Assembly (NCBI GenBank): GCA_031292305.1
Contig: JARLHJ010000047.1
Location: forward strand, 31,334 to 95,333
Reading direction: 5' to 3'
From: Candidatus Babeliales bacterium
GTDB taxonomy: Bacteria; Babelota; Babeliae; Babelales; JABDEC01
Length of the DNA stretch: 64,000 nt
Position numbers and translations under genes: made by a program. Under the pieces are notes generated by a model. The model searched no databases. It saw only the letters and a list, made by a program, of their open reading frames with translations, and was not told where the DNA came from. Of this stretch, positions 47,095 to 56,868 are shown in pieces (the stretch's first letter is position 1; each line of letters starts with the position of its first letter).

Positions 47095-47478
47095 ATGAAA
47101 ATTTTAACTGTATTAAGTTTTAGTTTAATTTTGTTAAATTCTATATTTATTTCGGCATCAGAGAATGGTGTAATAAAAAAAGGACTTAAAGTAATTATAA
47201 AATATAATTATGTACCACCTAAGCAATTTCCTCAATTTCCAATGAATAATATAGGACAAAATAGTAAAGATTTTTATTGTGATGGTAAAGGCAATATAAT
47301 ACCTGATTTTAATATACTATGTCTTGAACCAAAAATTTTGAATTTTGATCCTAGTAGCAATCAGTTTTTTTTAGTTAATAATCCATATTACATTAAACAT
47401 GTATTAATAAATAAATATTATACCAATACACAGGGTCAAAATGTTTGTTTTGATATGTCTATAGTTGTAAGAGATTAA
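47095..47478 (+). CDS. Small exported hypothetical protein
   Basis: 127 aa. GGGGGA SD; signal-like MKILTVLSFSLILLNSIFISA. No recognisable domain. Confidence 0.4.
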   Translation: MKILTVLSFSLILLNSIFISASENGVIKKGLKVIIKYNYVPPKQFPQFPMNNIGQNSKDFYCDGKGNIIPDFNILCLEPKILNFDPSSNQFFLVNNPYYIKHVLINKYYTNTQGQNVCFDMSIVVRD

Positions 47479-47500
47479 AGAAATATCCAAGATTAAACTT

Positions 47501-47537
47501 AAAAGGACTTACATAATCTGTATGTCCTTTTTTTTTG
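47501..47537 (+). terminator. Rho-independent terminator
   Basis: AGGACTTACA-TAATC-TGTATGTCCT (one mismatch) followed by T9. Confidence 0.65.
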
Positions 47538-47753
47538 CTTAAAATTTATGATGGTGTCCATTTGGGTTTTTTTCGAGCATCAAATTTAATACTTTAAACC
47601 CCACAAAATGAAATAAAATTTAATAAAATTATTACTTATCAGTAAGTTTGCACGATCGATGATTTAATTCACATAGAAATGAATTTAATTGACTTTCCTC
47701 TTTTCACTTTGTTAAGCTATATAGTAAAGCAGGTTATCAATCAAGGAGAAAGT

Positions 47754-50093
47754 ATGAAAAAGGTAATAATTATTGTCTTAAGTTTATTTATTTTAAGTAA
47801 AAATACATTAAAAGCTGATTTAAAAGCTGTGCAAAAAGATGATATTAAATTATTAGAAGGTGTAACAAGAGCGAAACTTGAAGCTATTCAAGCAAAATCT
47901 AAAGAATTAACAAAAGAAACAGAATTGAAAAAAATAACAGATGAATTGGAAAATAAAAAAAGTGAAGCAAAAGATATAAAACAAAAAGAAAAGCTGTTAA
48001 GAGATCAATTTAATGATGCTAGAATTAAGGGGAATGTAAAAGTATTAAATCAATTTAAGCAGATTAAAGAAAAATCAAAAAAATTAAAAGATGAAGTTCA
48101 AGAAAAAGTAAATGAAGTTTTAAAAGTTAAAGATGAAGTAAAAAAATCAAAAATTACTTTAGATTTAACAGAAAAACAGGCAAATGAAGAAATTCAAAAA
48201 AAATCAGAAGAATTAAAAGAAAAGAGAAAAGAATTAATGATAGAAGCTGCGAATGTTGAATCTGAATTTCATACTAATATATTAAATACAAGCCCGGTCA
48301 TGCAAGAAAAAGCTAAAGAATTATTAGCACAATATGATAGGCTCAAAACTCAATTAGAAGTATATAATCAAGCTGAAATGTATATAGCTGCTCAAAAGGC
48401 AACTATCTCAGTAGAGCAAGAAAAAGCATTACTCGATGCCTATATTAAAGCAATAAACAATCTGAAAAGTAAGCAAGAAGTTGAAACAGAAGCTAAAAAA
48501 GCCACGCAAAATGCAAAATTAACAGCTGCACCATATATTATAAAATTAAGTGATACTGCTCAATTAAATCTAAAAAATATAGAACCTTTCTCTAAAAAAA
48601 GCTTTGAAGAATTGTTAAATGAGCGAATTAAAGAGAATCTACCGTTGATAATATCTCAAATCGTAACAGCAGGTAGTGGTTCAGAATTTATGGATGCATT
48701 TGAAATGAGCAAAGAGATGTTTTTTTATGACAATTTACCTTTTGATATTAATGAAACAACAACTTATCAAAATAAACCAATTAAAAATATTGTTTATTAT
48801 AAAATTAAAGCTCCCAGTTCAAATCAAGTTATTAGTTTTGAAATAAATGAATTCGAAAATGGGCATGTTGTTAATAATAATTATGATCAATTAGCTAACT
48901 TCTTTAAAAATCTGTCACAAAAAGAGCTATTAGATATTCTTGAGCATGTTGAAGATATGTTAACTCGACCAGATATGGATTTTGCTCATTTAGAACCAGC
49001 TGAGAGAAAATTAATAAACTTAGCCATCGAAGTATTAAAAAATGGAAATTTACCATTGGCTAAAAAAGTATCTGAAATTAAACATTTTAATTCATTTCAT
49101 ATACGTTCATATAATTTTACTAATTTAATTGTAGATATATTAATTAAAGAAGATTTTGATTCACAAAAAAAATATCAAGAATTGCAGGTTATCTTTGATC
49201 AAATAATGTCAGAAGCAAGCCTTTATGAAAAAGATAAATTTCTAAATTATTTTTATAAAAAGGGTAATCTATGGCAAGCAGAGAGATTATATGAATCTTT
49301 AATGAAGAATCCACAAACTTCAGTTGATCAAAAAGTATTTGTAATGCTTAACTACGCAAATACAATACTTGAAGGTAATGAAAAGACTAAATCAAATGAA
49401 ATAAGAGCATTTGAAATGTATAAGCAAATTATGGATAATCCTCAATTAGCATCTCAATTGAATGATTATGAGAGAACTCAAATTAACTTTAAACTGGGCT
49501 TAGCTTATGAAAATGGAATTGAAACTACTAATAAAGTGGAATCATCTGTTTCAAAAAATATAGCTGCAGCGATAAAGATATTTAGTGATATAGTGCAAAA
49601 TCCTTTACCATTGAGCTTAAAGCCATATCAAAGAGCTGATTTAGATTTAATTAAAATTGAAGCTGCATTAGAGCTTGGAAAAATTTATGTTAATGAATTG
49701 CCTTTAAATTCTGCTAATATAAATAAGGCAAGAGAGTTATTTGAGGGTATTATTAAAAGCAAAACAGCACTGCAACAAATAAAAAATACAACTTTAAAAT
49801 ATATAACAAAGCTTAATGAAAGAATTAAAAATGAAATGCATGGTGTAGAAAATATTAGTATTAGGGAAAAAGATAAAGATGAAAGCAAAGAAGAATTAGA
49901 AACTAAATACCAAGAAACCAAAGTAAAAGAAGATAAAAAAGAAGAAATAAAATTGGAAGAAAAACTGGATGGGAAAGAAGAGAAAAAAAGAAGATCCCCT
50001 AGCCCAAAATTTAAAGTAACAATTCACCCATATAAAACTCCAATTAATTTAAGTCCTAAATCAGGGCAATCTTTAACCAATGACCTTGATTAA
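47754..50093 (+). CDS. Exported coiled-coil + Sel1/TPR-like repeat protein, third member of the 4494/6415 family
   Basis: AAGGAG SD before ATG 47754 (MKKVIIIVLSLFILSKNTLKA). A ~250-aa Lys/Glu-rich heptad-like region. The shared block SFEELLNERIKENLPLIISQIVTAGSG corresponds to FKELIKEHFEQYVPFLIAQVTT. Sel1/TPR-like units (LGLAYENGIE.., LELGKIYVNELPLNSANINKARELF). Basic and acidic tail KEEKKRRSPSPKFK. Confidence 0.65.
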   Translation: MKKVIIIVLSLFILSKNTLKADLKAVQKDDIKLLEGVTRAKLEAIQAKSKELTKETELKKITDELENKKSEAKDIKQKEKLLRDQFNDARIKGNVKVLNQFKQIKEKSKKLKDEVQEKVNEVLKVKDEVKKSKITLDLTEKQANEEIQKKSEELKEKRKELMIEAANVESEFHTNILNTSPVMQEKAKELLAQYDRLKTQLEVYNQAEMYIAAQKATISVEQEKALLDAYIKAINNLKSKQEVETEAKKATQNAKLTAAPYIIKLSDTAQLNLKNIEPFSKKSFEELLNERIKENLPLIISQIVTAGSGSEFMDAFEMSKEMFFYDNLPFDINETTTYQNKPIKNIVYYKIKAPSSNQVISFEINEFENGHVVNNNYDQLANFFKNLSQKELLDILEHVEDMLTRPDMDFAHLEPAERKLINLAIEVLKNGNLPLAKKVSEIKHFNSFHIRSYNFTNLIVDILIKEDFDSQKKYQELQVIFDQIMSEASLYEKDKFLNYFYKKGNLWQAERLYESLMKNPQTSVDQKVFVMLNYANTILEGNEKTKSNEIRAFEMYKQIMDNPQLASQLNDYERTQINFKLGLAYENGIETTNKVESSVSKNIAAAIKIFSDIVQNPLPLSLKPYQRADLDLIKIEAALELGKIYVNELPLNSANINKARELFEGIIKSKTALQQIKNTTLKYITKLNERIKNEMHGVENISIREKDKDESKEELETKYQETKVKEDKKEEIKLEEKLDGKEEKKRRSPSPKFKVTIHPYKTPINLSPKSGQSLTNDLD

Positions 50094-50100
50094 AAAGATA

Positions 50101-50562
50101 TCAGAGCTTAAATAGTTGTTTGATGCCCATATCAAGAATAATATGTGAAAGGGCGCCCGCAGTGAAAAACAATGCGGGAATAGTAATTTCTGAACAAGAG
50201 TGAAATAGTTTAATTTCTACAGTAAAAATAACAAAAGCCACTGTTATTAATATTATAAACCAAGCTTTATGAAATATGCCTCTGTGATTTACAACTAATG
50301 GGGATAAACTAATTACACTCAAAAACACTGCTAGTTTTAATTTGTTTAAGCTAATTAAAAAAAATAAAAGAATTACAAAGCCTGTATAAAATATCTTTTG
50401 AATTTTACTTTTAGTATCAACATCAGGAAATAATGCACCCAATAAGCAAATAACTAGCCATTGAGCTGCAGTGATTAATGATGGATTAGTGCTACGCAAT
50501 AAAAATAATAAAACTATATATGTAGCAAAACCGCCAACTAAATGACCTTTATAATTTGGCAT
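50101..50562 (-). CDS. YdjM-like membrane-bound metal-dependent hydrolase (DUF457)
   Basis: 153 aa. MPNYKGHLVGG.., FPDVD.., GIFHK.., SHIILD in a 4-TM scaffold. Confidence 0.6.
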   Translation of the reverse strand: MPNYKGHLVGGFATYIVLLFLLRSTNPSLITAAQWLVICLLGALFPDVDTKSKIQKIFYTGFVILLFFLISLNKLKLAVFLSVISLSPLVVNHRGIFHKAWFIILITVAFVIFTVEIKLFHSCSEITIPALFFTAGALSHIILDMGIKQLFKL

Positions 50563-50578
50563 TAAATACCTATTTATT

Positions 50579-51238
50579 TTAAATAAAATTTTTAATTAGT
50601 AGGTAATTATTTAAATTGTTTATTTCATCACAAAAATCTAAAATTTTACCTTTTTCAATATAATACACACGATCAAAAATTTTATTAATAAAATTCATAT
50701 CTTGGCTAGAAACTGCAATTGTAAATCCATCTTTTGCTAAAATTTTTAAAATATTAACTAAAGCATCTGTATTGATAGGGTCTAAAGATGCAGTAGGCTC
50801 ATCAAGTAATAATATATTTGGTTTTAAGCATAATGAACGGGCAATAGCAACACGTTGTTGTTGCCCGCCGGAAAGTTCGTTTGGATATTTATTTATATAG
50901 TCTTGCATATCAAGTTTTGTTAATTCATTAATAGCAATTTGGTGTGCATCATTGTAATTAGATCCATTAACTATTAATGGATCTATACAATTTTCCAATA
51001 CTGTTAAATTTGCAAAGAGATTAAAGTCTTGAAACACATAACCAATTTTTTGATCATTAGTTACAATTTCACCTTCTATTGGCGATATAAGTTTAACTAA
51101 TGATTTTAAAATTGTGGTTTTGCCAGCACCACTTTTGCCTATAAAGCATGTAATGGTATAAGGTAGTAATGTGCAATTAATTTTATCTAATATTACTTGA
51201 TTTTTAATACGCACAGTTAAATTGTTAATTTTGACCAT
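50579..51238 (-). CDS. Polar amino-acid ABC transporter ATP-binding protein
   Basis: GKSGAGKTT Walker A, LSGGQQQRVAIARSL signature, LLLDEPTASLD Walker B. Confidence 0.9.
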   Translation of the reverse strand: MVKINNLTVRIKNQVILDKINCTLLPYTITCFIGKSGAGKTTILKSLVKLISPIEGEIVTNDQKIGYVFQDFNLFANLTVLENCIDPLIVNGSNYNDAHQIAINELTKLDMQDYINKYPNELSGGQQQRVAIARSLCLKPNILLLDEPTASLDPINTDALVNILKILAKDGFTIAVSSQDMNFINKIFDRVYYIEKGKILDFCDEINNLNNYLLIKNFI

Positions 51239-51884
51239 ATGATGTCCTTTTTTCTGCGTACATAGATAATAAATTTAACAATGCCGCGCATAATAAATAT
51301 ATGCATGCTATGGTTAAATATACAGGAATGGGATTTAATGTACGGGAAATAATATTCATACCTGTACGAGTTAATTCTGTAATGCCAATTGTAGCTAATA
51401 AAGATGTACTTTTAAGTAATTGTTCAAATTCACCAAACAAAGCTGGACCAATATTTTTAAAAGTTTGTGGTAGAATTATGCGCCTAAGTGTTGCTTGTAG
51501 CGGGTATCCTAATGTTACACATGCTTGCCATTGGCCTAAATGTATAGAATTTATACCAGATCGAATTATTTCTGTAACATAACCACTTGAGCAAAACGCT
51601 AAAGCCCCACATGCGCAAGCAAATGCAGGAATATTAAGACCAATTAATTGTGGAATAATAAAATAAGCTATAAGTATTTGTACATATGCTGGTATACCTT
51701 TGGCAATAAATGTATAAAGCTTTGTTAAATATCTAATTTTAGAATATCCAAGATAGTTACAACTTATAATACCTAAAAAAGAACCTATTAATAAACTTAA
51801 TAACCCTGTTATTGCCCAGGCTAATATTGTAACAGCAATTCCTTTAGAAAACAGATAAAAATATTCGATCATGACATATTCCAT
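51225..51884 (-). CDS. Polar amino-acid ABC transporter permease
   Basis: 219 aa, 5-TM pattern, EAA-like loop ..GYVTEIIRSGINSIHLGQWQACVTLGY... Overlaps both neighbours (14 and 16 nt). Confidence 0.85.
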   Translation of the reverse strand: MEYVMIEYFYLFSKGIAVTILAWAITGLLSLLIGSFLGIISCNYLGYSKIRYLTKLYTFIAKGIPAYVQILIAYFIIPQLIGLNIPAFACACGALAFCSSGYVTEIIRSGINSIHLGQWQACVTLGYPLQATLRRIILPQTFKNIGPALFGEFEQLLKSTSLLATIGITELTRTGMNIISRTLNPIPVYLTIACIYLLCAALLNLLSMYAEKRTSYGQN

Positions 51885-52645
51885 TTTGTTTCTAGTTTTT
51901 TAATTGTTCCATCCTGTTTTAATTCTTGGGCTGCGGTTTCAATTTTGTTAATTAATTTAGTGTTGTTGAGTTTTATGCAAATTCCAACACCTTGTACCTG
52001 ATCTTCTTGAGCTAAAGGTATATCTAGAATTTGGATTTCTGGAAATTTGTTTTTAAACTTCTTTGCAATTGGAAGTTCAACAAAAGCGGCATTTGTTTTT
52101 CCGTATTGTATATTCAATAATGCATCATCAACTTTTTCTGTGGCTATTTTTATGATGTTTTTATATTTACTTAACACTATATCTTGCGTTGATGCAGGTT
52201 CTACGCTAACTGTTAAGCCTTTCATATCATTTATCGATTTAATATTGTCTGGTATTTTTTGCCAGAATATTAATGGGTATGATTTATCTGTTTCGCCTTG
52301 ATAGTGTACCATTGCTATATTGTTTAAACGGTCTTGAGTAATAGACATTCCCCAGATTATTGCATATATTTTATTTTGATTTAATGCTATAAGTAGTGAA
52401 GACATTGAACCTAAGTCTTTTAAAATTATCTTTTTATTTAATTTCAATCCAATTGCATTTATTACATCAATATCAAATCCTTCTAGTTCACCACTGGCAT
52501 TCATGCTTACCCATGGTGCATAACCTGATGCAGTACCAATGACTAAAGTTGAATTATCTTCTTCTGTTAAATTCTGCAAAGTTAGATAACTACCGATCGT
52601 GACGATGAGTAAAAATCCCAATATTATATATAGTCTTAATTTCAT
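51869..52645 (-). CDS. Polar amino-acid ABC transporter substrate-binding protein (family 3)
   Basis: 258 aa with an N-terminal anchor or signal. ..LVIGTASGYAPW..GFDIDV..; cluster context. Confidence 0.8.
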   Translation of the reverse strand: MKLRLYIILGFLLIVTIGSYLTLQNLTEEDNSTLVIGTASGYAPWVSMNASGELEGFDIDVINAIGLKLNKKIILKDLGSMSSLLIALNQNKIYAIIWGMSITQDRLNNIAMVHYQGETDKSYPLIFWQKIPDNIKSINDMKGLTVSVEPASTQDIVLSKYKNIIKIATEKVDDALLNIQYGKTNAAFVELPIAKKFKNKFPEIQILDIPLAQEDQVQGVGICIKLNNTKLINKIETAAQELKQDGTIKKLETKWNMS

Positions 52646-52663
52646 AATGAGCCCTTTAATATT

Positions 52664-52957
52664 TTATTTTTTTTCAATCTTATTTAGTACACTTCTATAT
52701 CCATGATGGGGTTCATCTTTTAAAAATCTAGCAACACGTGTAATTGTCGCTAAACTTACACCGGTAAAAGAGTTTATTTCTCTGTATGACATTTTTCCTT
52801 CATGAAGCAATTTACAAACATTCCATCTTTCTGCTAAAGACTTAATTTCTTGTGGTGTACAAAGATCTTTTAAAAACTTTGCCATTTCGTCTTTATCTTT
52901 TATTGTTAGCAATGCTTCAATTAATTCTTCTATTAAATCTACGTTCTCATTTATCAT
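52664..52957 (-). CDS. YerC/YecD family TrpR-related DNA-binding protein
   Basis: 97 aa. ..FLKDLCTPQEIKSLAERWNVCKLLHEGKMSYREINSFTGVSLATITRVARFLK. Confidence 0.7.
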   Translation of the reverse strand: MINENVDLIEELIEALLTIKDKDEMAKFLKDLCTPQEIKSLAERWNVCKLLHEGKMSYREINSFTGVSLATITRVARFLKDEPHHGYRSVLNKIEKK

Positions 52958-53138
52958 AATTATCCTTCATTATTTAATCTGTTCTCTTGTTCTATTATGA
53001 TAGCACAGAGCTACATTAAATGTCAATATTTAGGCAAAAGACAGTTAATTTAAGGGTAAAAAGCACAAACTTATTATTGCTATTTGAATATATTTTGTGT
53101 TATTATTAACTTATAATTTAATTAAAAATAAGGAAAAT

Positions 53139-53615
53139 ATGAAATTATTAAATATTTTAGCATTTATAGTATTAAAAATAACTTTTTTAAGTCATTCAGC
53201 AGATTCAAACCCCATGGAAAGCAAAGCTCTAATAGAATTAATTTATGATATAACTAAAAATTCTGAAATAAAAAAACGATTATCTGAAAGCGCAGAATAT
53301 CTTAATTTATCGTCTTTAGGCCTTACTAGCCTAGAGGGCTTAGAAAAAATTATTAAACCCGAAACAATAAAATATTTAAACTTAGATAATAATAAAATAG
53401 AAGATATTGATGAAAGTTTTGTTTCGCTAATATTAAGTTTAAAAAATCTAAAATCTATAAGTTTAATCAATAATCCATTATCAGGTGAAAGCTTGGAAGC
53501 GTTAGCAGATTTAGTCCTAAAATTCCAATCAATTGTTCCTTTACATATTGTTACTCGAAATAAACCCAATTTAGCAGTTAATATTAATGCCCCTAAATGT
53601 GGGTGGACAAAGTAG
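53139..53615 (+). CDS. Exported leucine-rich-repeat-only protein
   Basis: AAGGA SD before ATG 53139. Signal-like MKLLNILAFIVLKITFLSHSA. LRRs LNLSSLGLTSLEGLEKII..LNLDNNKIEDID..LKSISLINNPLSGESLEAL are related to the C-termini of the WD40-LRR proteins. Confidence 0.65.
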   Translation: MKLLNILAFIVLKITFLSHSADSNPMESKALIELIYDITKNSEIKKRLSESAEYLNLSSLGLTSLEGLEKIIKPETIKYLNLDNNKIEDIDESFVSLILSLKNLKSISLINNPLSGESLEALADLVLKFQSIVPLHIVTRNKPNLAVNINAPKCGWTK

Positions 53616-53624
53616 GGAGGTTAT

Positions 53625-55220
53625 ATGAAAAGTTTTTTGAAATTACTTTTAGTTTTATTTTCTTTTTCTATAAATGCATCTGAAAGCCCTAATTTGAAAC
53701 CATATATATCATATTTGTTAAAAGATTTTGTAGAAAATCATCCGGAACTTCCATCAGGTATCACAGATTTTAAAAATGCGCATGAAGGAATAATCACATC
53801 AGTCAAAATTTCACCAAATAATAAGTTATTGGCATCAGGTTCGGGTGATGGGTCTATAAAAATTTGGGATATCCATACAGGTAAATTTATTTATGAATTA
53901 AAAAAAGAAGATCATTTTGTACGTTCAATATCCTGGTCACCTGATAGTTCTATGTTGGCAATTCTATACAGAAATAGAAAATTAATAATATTTGATGTAA
54001 ATGATTCTAGGCTATTAGATGAAAAATCTTTTCAAACAGGTTTGCCAACAATTGTTTCTTGGTCGCCAGATGGTTCTAGAATAGCGGTTGGTGCAGAAAA
54101 TAAAATAATAATATATGCATTTAATGCAGGATGTTCTTTGCTAATGGGTCAAGAAGTTGTATTAAAAGATAAAAATAATACTACTACATCACTTATTTGG
54201 ATTTCTGATACTAAATTATTATCGGTAGGTAATAATGGAAAAGCAACTAGTTGGAGTGTTGATCATAAGATAAAAAAATCAATTCAATTGGATGATCTGA
54301 TTACTTCAGCTGATATACTTTCAAGATATTTTCTTTTTTCATTAAAAAATAAATCTATTGTTAAGTTGAACTGGGCAAAAGGAAATTATTTCTTATTGGA
54401 TGTCAAAGATATTATTAGGGCGCTAAAAGTATTAAAAAATACAGAATTTTTAGTGACCGGTGGGATTTCAGGAAATATTATAATTCGTAATATGATTGGA
54501 AAAACTAAAATTGTAGACACATATCAGGTAAGTGATTTGCCGATAACTGATATTGATTGGTCAAATGATGGTAAATTTATTGTTGCTTCTTCTGATAAAA
54601 CTTTAACAATTTGGAAAGATCCATTAAAAACTTTAAATTTAAATGCAAAGAATAGATCAATAAATGATTTGCTAGATTCTATAAATGATAATTATATAAC
54701 AGAAGAATTTAATGACATGACACAAGAATTTAATGAGATAGATATCGATGTAGATTCTTTATTTTTAAATGATTTAGATCTTACGAGTTTAAGCGGTTTA
54801 GAAACATTAATAACAAATCCAGATCGCATTGCGTTTGTGCTTCTAGAAAATAATAAAATTCGTTCATTGGATAATAAATTAAAACAATTTAAAGCTTTGA
54901 TGGAGTTAAATTTAGATGGTAATGAGATAAAAGATTTAAATGATAGCTTAGATGGTTTAGAAAATCTACAACTCGTTGATATAAATAGAAATAAATTAAC
55001 AAGTTTAGGAAGTTTAAAAGGGCTTCAAAAATTAGAAACTTTTAATGTTCAAGATAATCAGATAGTTGATATCGGAAATAGTTTTGATGATTTAATAGCA
55101 TCACAAACATTAAAAACTTTAAATATTTCAGGTAATCCGTTATCTCAAGAAAGTTTAGATAAATTACGGGCATTAAAAGCAGCTTCACCAGTAGGTTTAA
55201 AGATTGATGTTTTAGAGTAA
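53625..55220 (+). CDS. Exported WD40-repeat + leucine-rich-repeat protein (family member 2)
   Basis: Paralog of 19762..21216 (SVKISPNNKLLASGSGDGSIKIWDI, SISWSPDSSMLAILYRNRKLIIFDV, IDWSNDGKFIVASSDKTLTIWK). C-terminal LRRs (LFLNDLDLTSLSGLETL..LENNKIRSLDN..LNLDGNEIKDL..NRNKLTSL..NISGNPLSQESL). Confidence 0.75.
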   Translation: MKSFLKLLLVLFSFSINASESPNLKPYISYLLKDFVENHPELPSGITDFKNAHEGIITSVKISPNNKLLASGSGDGSIKIWDIHTGKFIYELKKEDHFVRSISWSPDSSMLAILYRNRKLIIFDVNDSRLLDEKSFQTGLPTIVSWSPDGSRIAVGAENKIIIYAFNAGCSLLMGQEVVLKDKNNTTTSLIWISDTKLLSVGNNGKATSWSVDHKIKKSIQLDDLITSADILSRYFLFSLKNKSIVKLNWAKGNYFLLDVKDIIRALKVLKNTEFLVTGGISGNIIIRNMIGKTKIVDTYQVSDLPITDIDWSNDGKFIVASSDKTLTIWKDPLKTLNLNAKNRSINDLLDSINDNYITEEFNDMTQEFNEIDIDVDSLFLNDLDLTSLSGLETLITNPDRIAFVLLENNKIRSLDNKLKQFKALMELNLDGNEIKDLNDSLDGLENLQLVDINRNKLTSLGSLKGLQKLETFNVQDNQIVDIGNSFDDLIASQTLKTLNISGNPLSQESLDKLRALKAASPVGLKIDVLE

Positions 55221-55223
55221 TTC

Positions 55224-56378
55224 TTACTTAGCTTTTAATTTCATAAAAGAAGTGCCTGGATAATAAAATTGTATAATACTTTTGCAGTCCCAACCTAAAT
55301 CCACCATTTGGCGTGCGCCCCATTGGCAAAGGCCTAAATGGTGTCCAACGCCACGTCCTGAAAGTACTATATTATTAGCATTTTTTTTAATTTCATAATA
55401 ATAACTTCTTATGCGTTTATTCAAAAAATAAAATGCTTTGCCATCAATAACATATTTCTCTTTTTTATCATAAATCTCTATTTTTTGTGGAATGCCTGCT
55501 TTATCAGTCTTGGTTACTACTATTGAACTAATATTTTTTAACTTAGGAATATTTTGTTGAAGTAGCTGTATTAAATCATCTTTGGGCATAGTCACTTGCC
55601 AAGTATAAAATTTAGAAATTTTACAATGGTTACAGATTTCTTTTCTTGCTAAATAGGGTGCTTTTTTAAAATCTATATGTTCAACGCTTGCGGGTATAAT
55701 GCCTGCACAACAAGAATCATGCATCGCAAGTATTGGTTTGTTATTATAAGTAATTATTAATCCAGCAGTTTCTTTGACGGCTAGTAATAAAGTATCTGTA
55801 TGCTTATTATTCAATACGCCTTTATACGTCTGATGTTCGGTAGTAGTTTTAATATGATAAGATAATTTTTTTTGTTTTGCCTCTAATATTTTATCAACTG
55901 CATATGTACGTATGCATATTGCCAACACTTTATTAGCTTCTAGTGGCCAACCCGGCCAACTTTCTGTTCTTAGTACAACTGACACATACTCTTCTAGATT
56001 AAGTACATTTATTAAAAGCAAAGCATTTTTTTCTTTTAAAATAATAAATGAACCGTGATATTCTCTATTTTCAAAACTTAAATAACCCTCTGTAGGCTTT
56101 ACTTGTAGTGCATTGCCTGCAAATTTTTTTCCATTTATATAAAGTTTATCGTTATCTAAATTAACAGTTAAAGTTGTACCAATTTTTTTTTGAGAATTTT
56201 CATTTTTTGGCAAATGAGTTATTAAATCTTTTTTTCCTATAATGGATATGCTTGTATTGCTAGGTGATTTGTCATTTAATAAGACTTTGATGGTCAGCGC
56301 TCTTATAGGTTCTACACTTTCACTACTATATGTGCAAAAGCTATAAAAAACTAAGCTAAATAATAATATTATGTTCAT
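55224..56378 (-). CDS. SpoIID/LytB domain protein (peptidoglycan remodelling)
   Basis: ..VVLRTESWPGWPLEANKVLAICIRTYA.. and ..GRGVGHHLGLCQWGARQMV... Signal-like N-terminus. The start overlaps the rnhA 3' end by 23 nt. Confidence 0.8.
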   Translation of the reverse strand: MNIILLFSLVFYSFCTYSSESVEPIRALTIKVLLNDKSPSNTSISIIGKKDLITHLPKNENSQKKIGTTLTVNLDNDKLYINGKKFAGNALQVKPTEGYLSFENREYHGSFIILKEKNALLLINVLNLEEYVSVVLRTESWPGWPLEANKVLAICIRTYAVDKILEAKQKKLSYHIKTTTEHQTYKGVLNNKHTDTLLLAVKETAGLIITYNNKPILAMHDSCCAGIIPASVEHIDFKKAPYLARKEICNHCKISKFYTWQVTMPKDDLIQLLQQNIPKLKNISSIVVTKTDKAGIPQKIEIYDKKEKYVIDGKAFYFLNKRIRSYYYEIKKNANNIVLSGRGVGHHLGLCQWGARQMVDLGWDCKSIIQFYYPGTSFMKLKAK

Positions 56379-56868
56379 TGAGTATTTCTACAAATTCTTT
56401 TGGAAGTTTAATTTTTTTATCTACTGCTAAATTTGCTTGTTCATCCGCTTCTTTATTTTTTTCACGCAGAACATGTTCAATTTTATATTTAATATTTTTT
56501 AAAAATTTTAACCCTAATCCATGTAACTTTTGCAATTCAGGATTTTTAATTTTATAATGCCCTAAAATTTGTTTTACCAAAAGTTCAGAGTCAGATTTTA
56601 TATGCAGTACATCATCTGACTTTAAAAATTGTTTTACAAAAAAAAGACCTAAAAGCAATGCTAAATACTCAGCTTGATTATTTGTTTTATGGCCTAAATA
56701 AGCACCAGTTGCCATAATTAATTGAGTATTTTTTTTAATACATATCCCAGCACCAGCAGGCCCGGGGTTATTACGCGAAGCACCATCTAATGAAAGTTGG
56801 AACGTATCAATAGGTTGCAACTTAGGTTTGCTATTAGCTTCAAAAATATTTAATTGAGTAGAAGTCAC
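56356..56868 (-). CDS. rnhA: Ribonuclease HI family protein
   Basis: 170 aa. DGASRNNPGPAGAGI, NNQAEYLALLLGL, SDSELLV, NKEADEQAN (DEDD pattern). Confidence 0.8.
   Translation of the reverse strand: MTSTQLNIFEANSKPKLQPIDTFQLSLDGASRNNPGPAGAGICIKKNTQLIMATGAYLGHKTNNQAEYLALLLGLFFVKQFLKSDDVLHIKSDSELLVKQILGHYKIKNPELQKLHGLGLKFLKNIKYKIEHVLREKNKEADEQANLAVDKKIKLPKEFVEILNEHNIII

Noticed and set aside
47850-48500. Repetitive Lys/Glu-rich DNA (also in sbcC at 61200-62800 and in the COG1579 gene), checked for tandem repeats or a CRISPR-like array.
   Set aside because: There are no regularly spaced identical repeats. The periodicity is the codon-level bias of coiled-coil coding sequence. No CRISPR array exists anywhere in the window.
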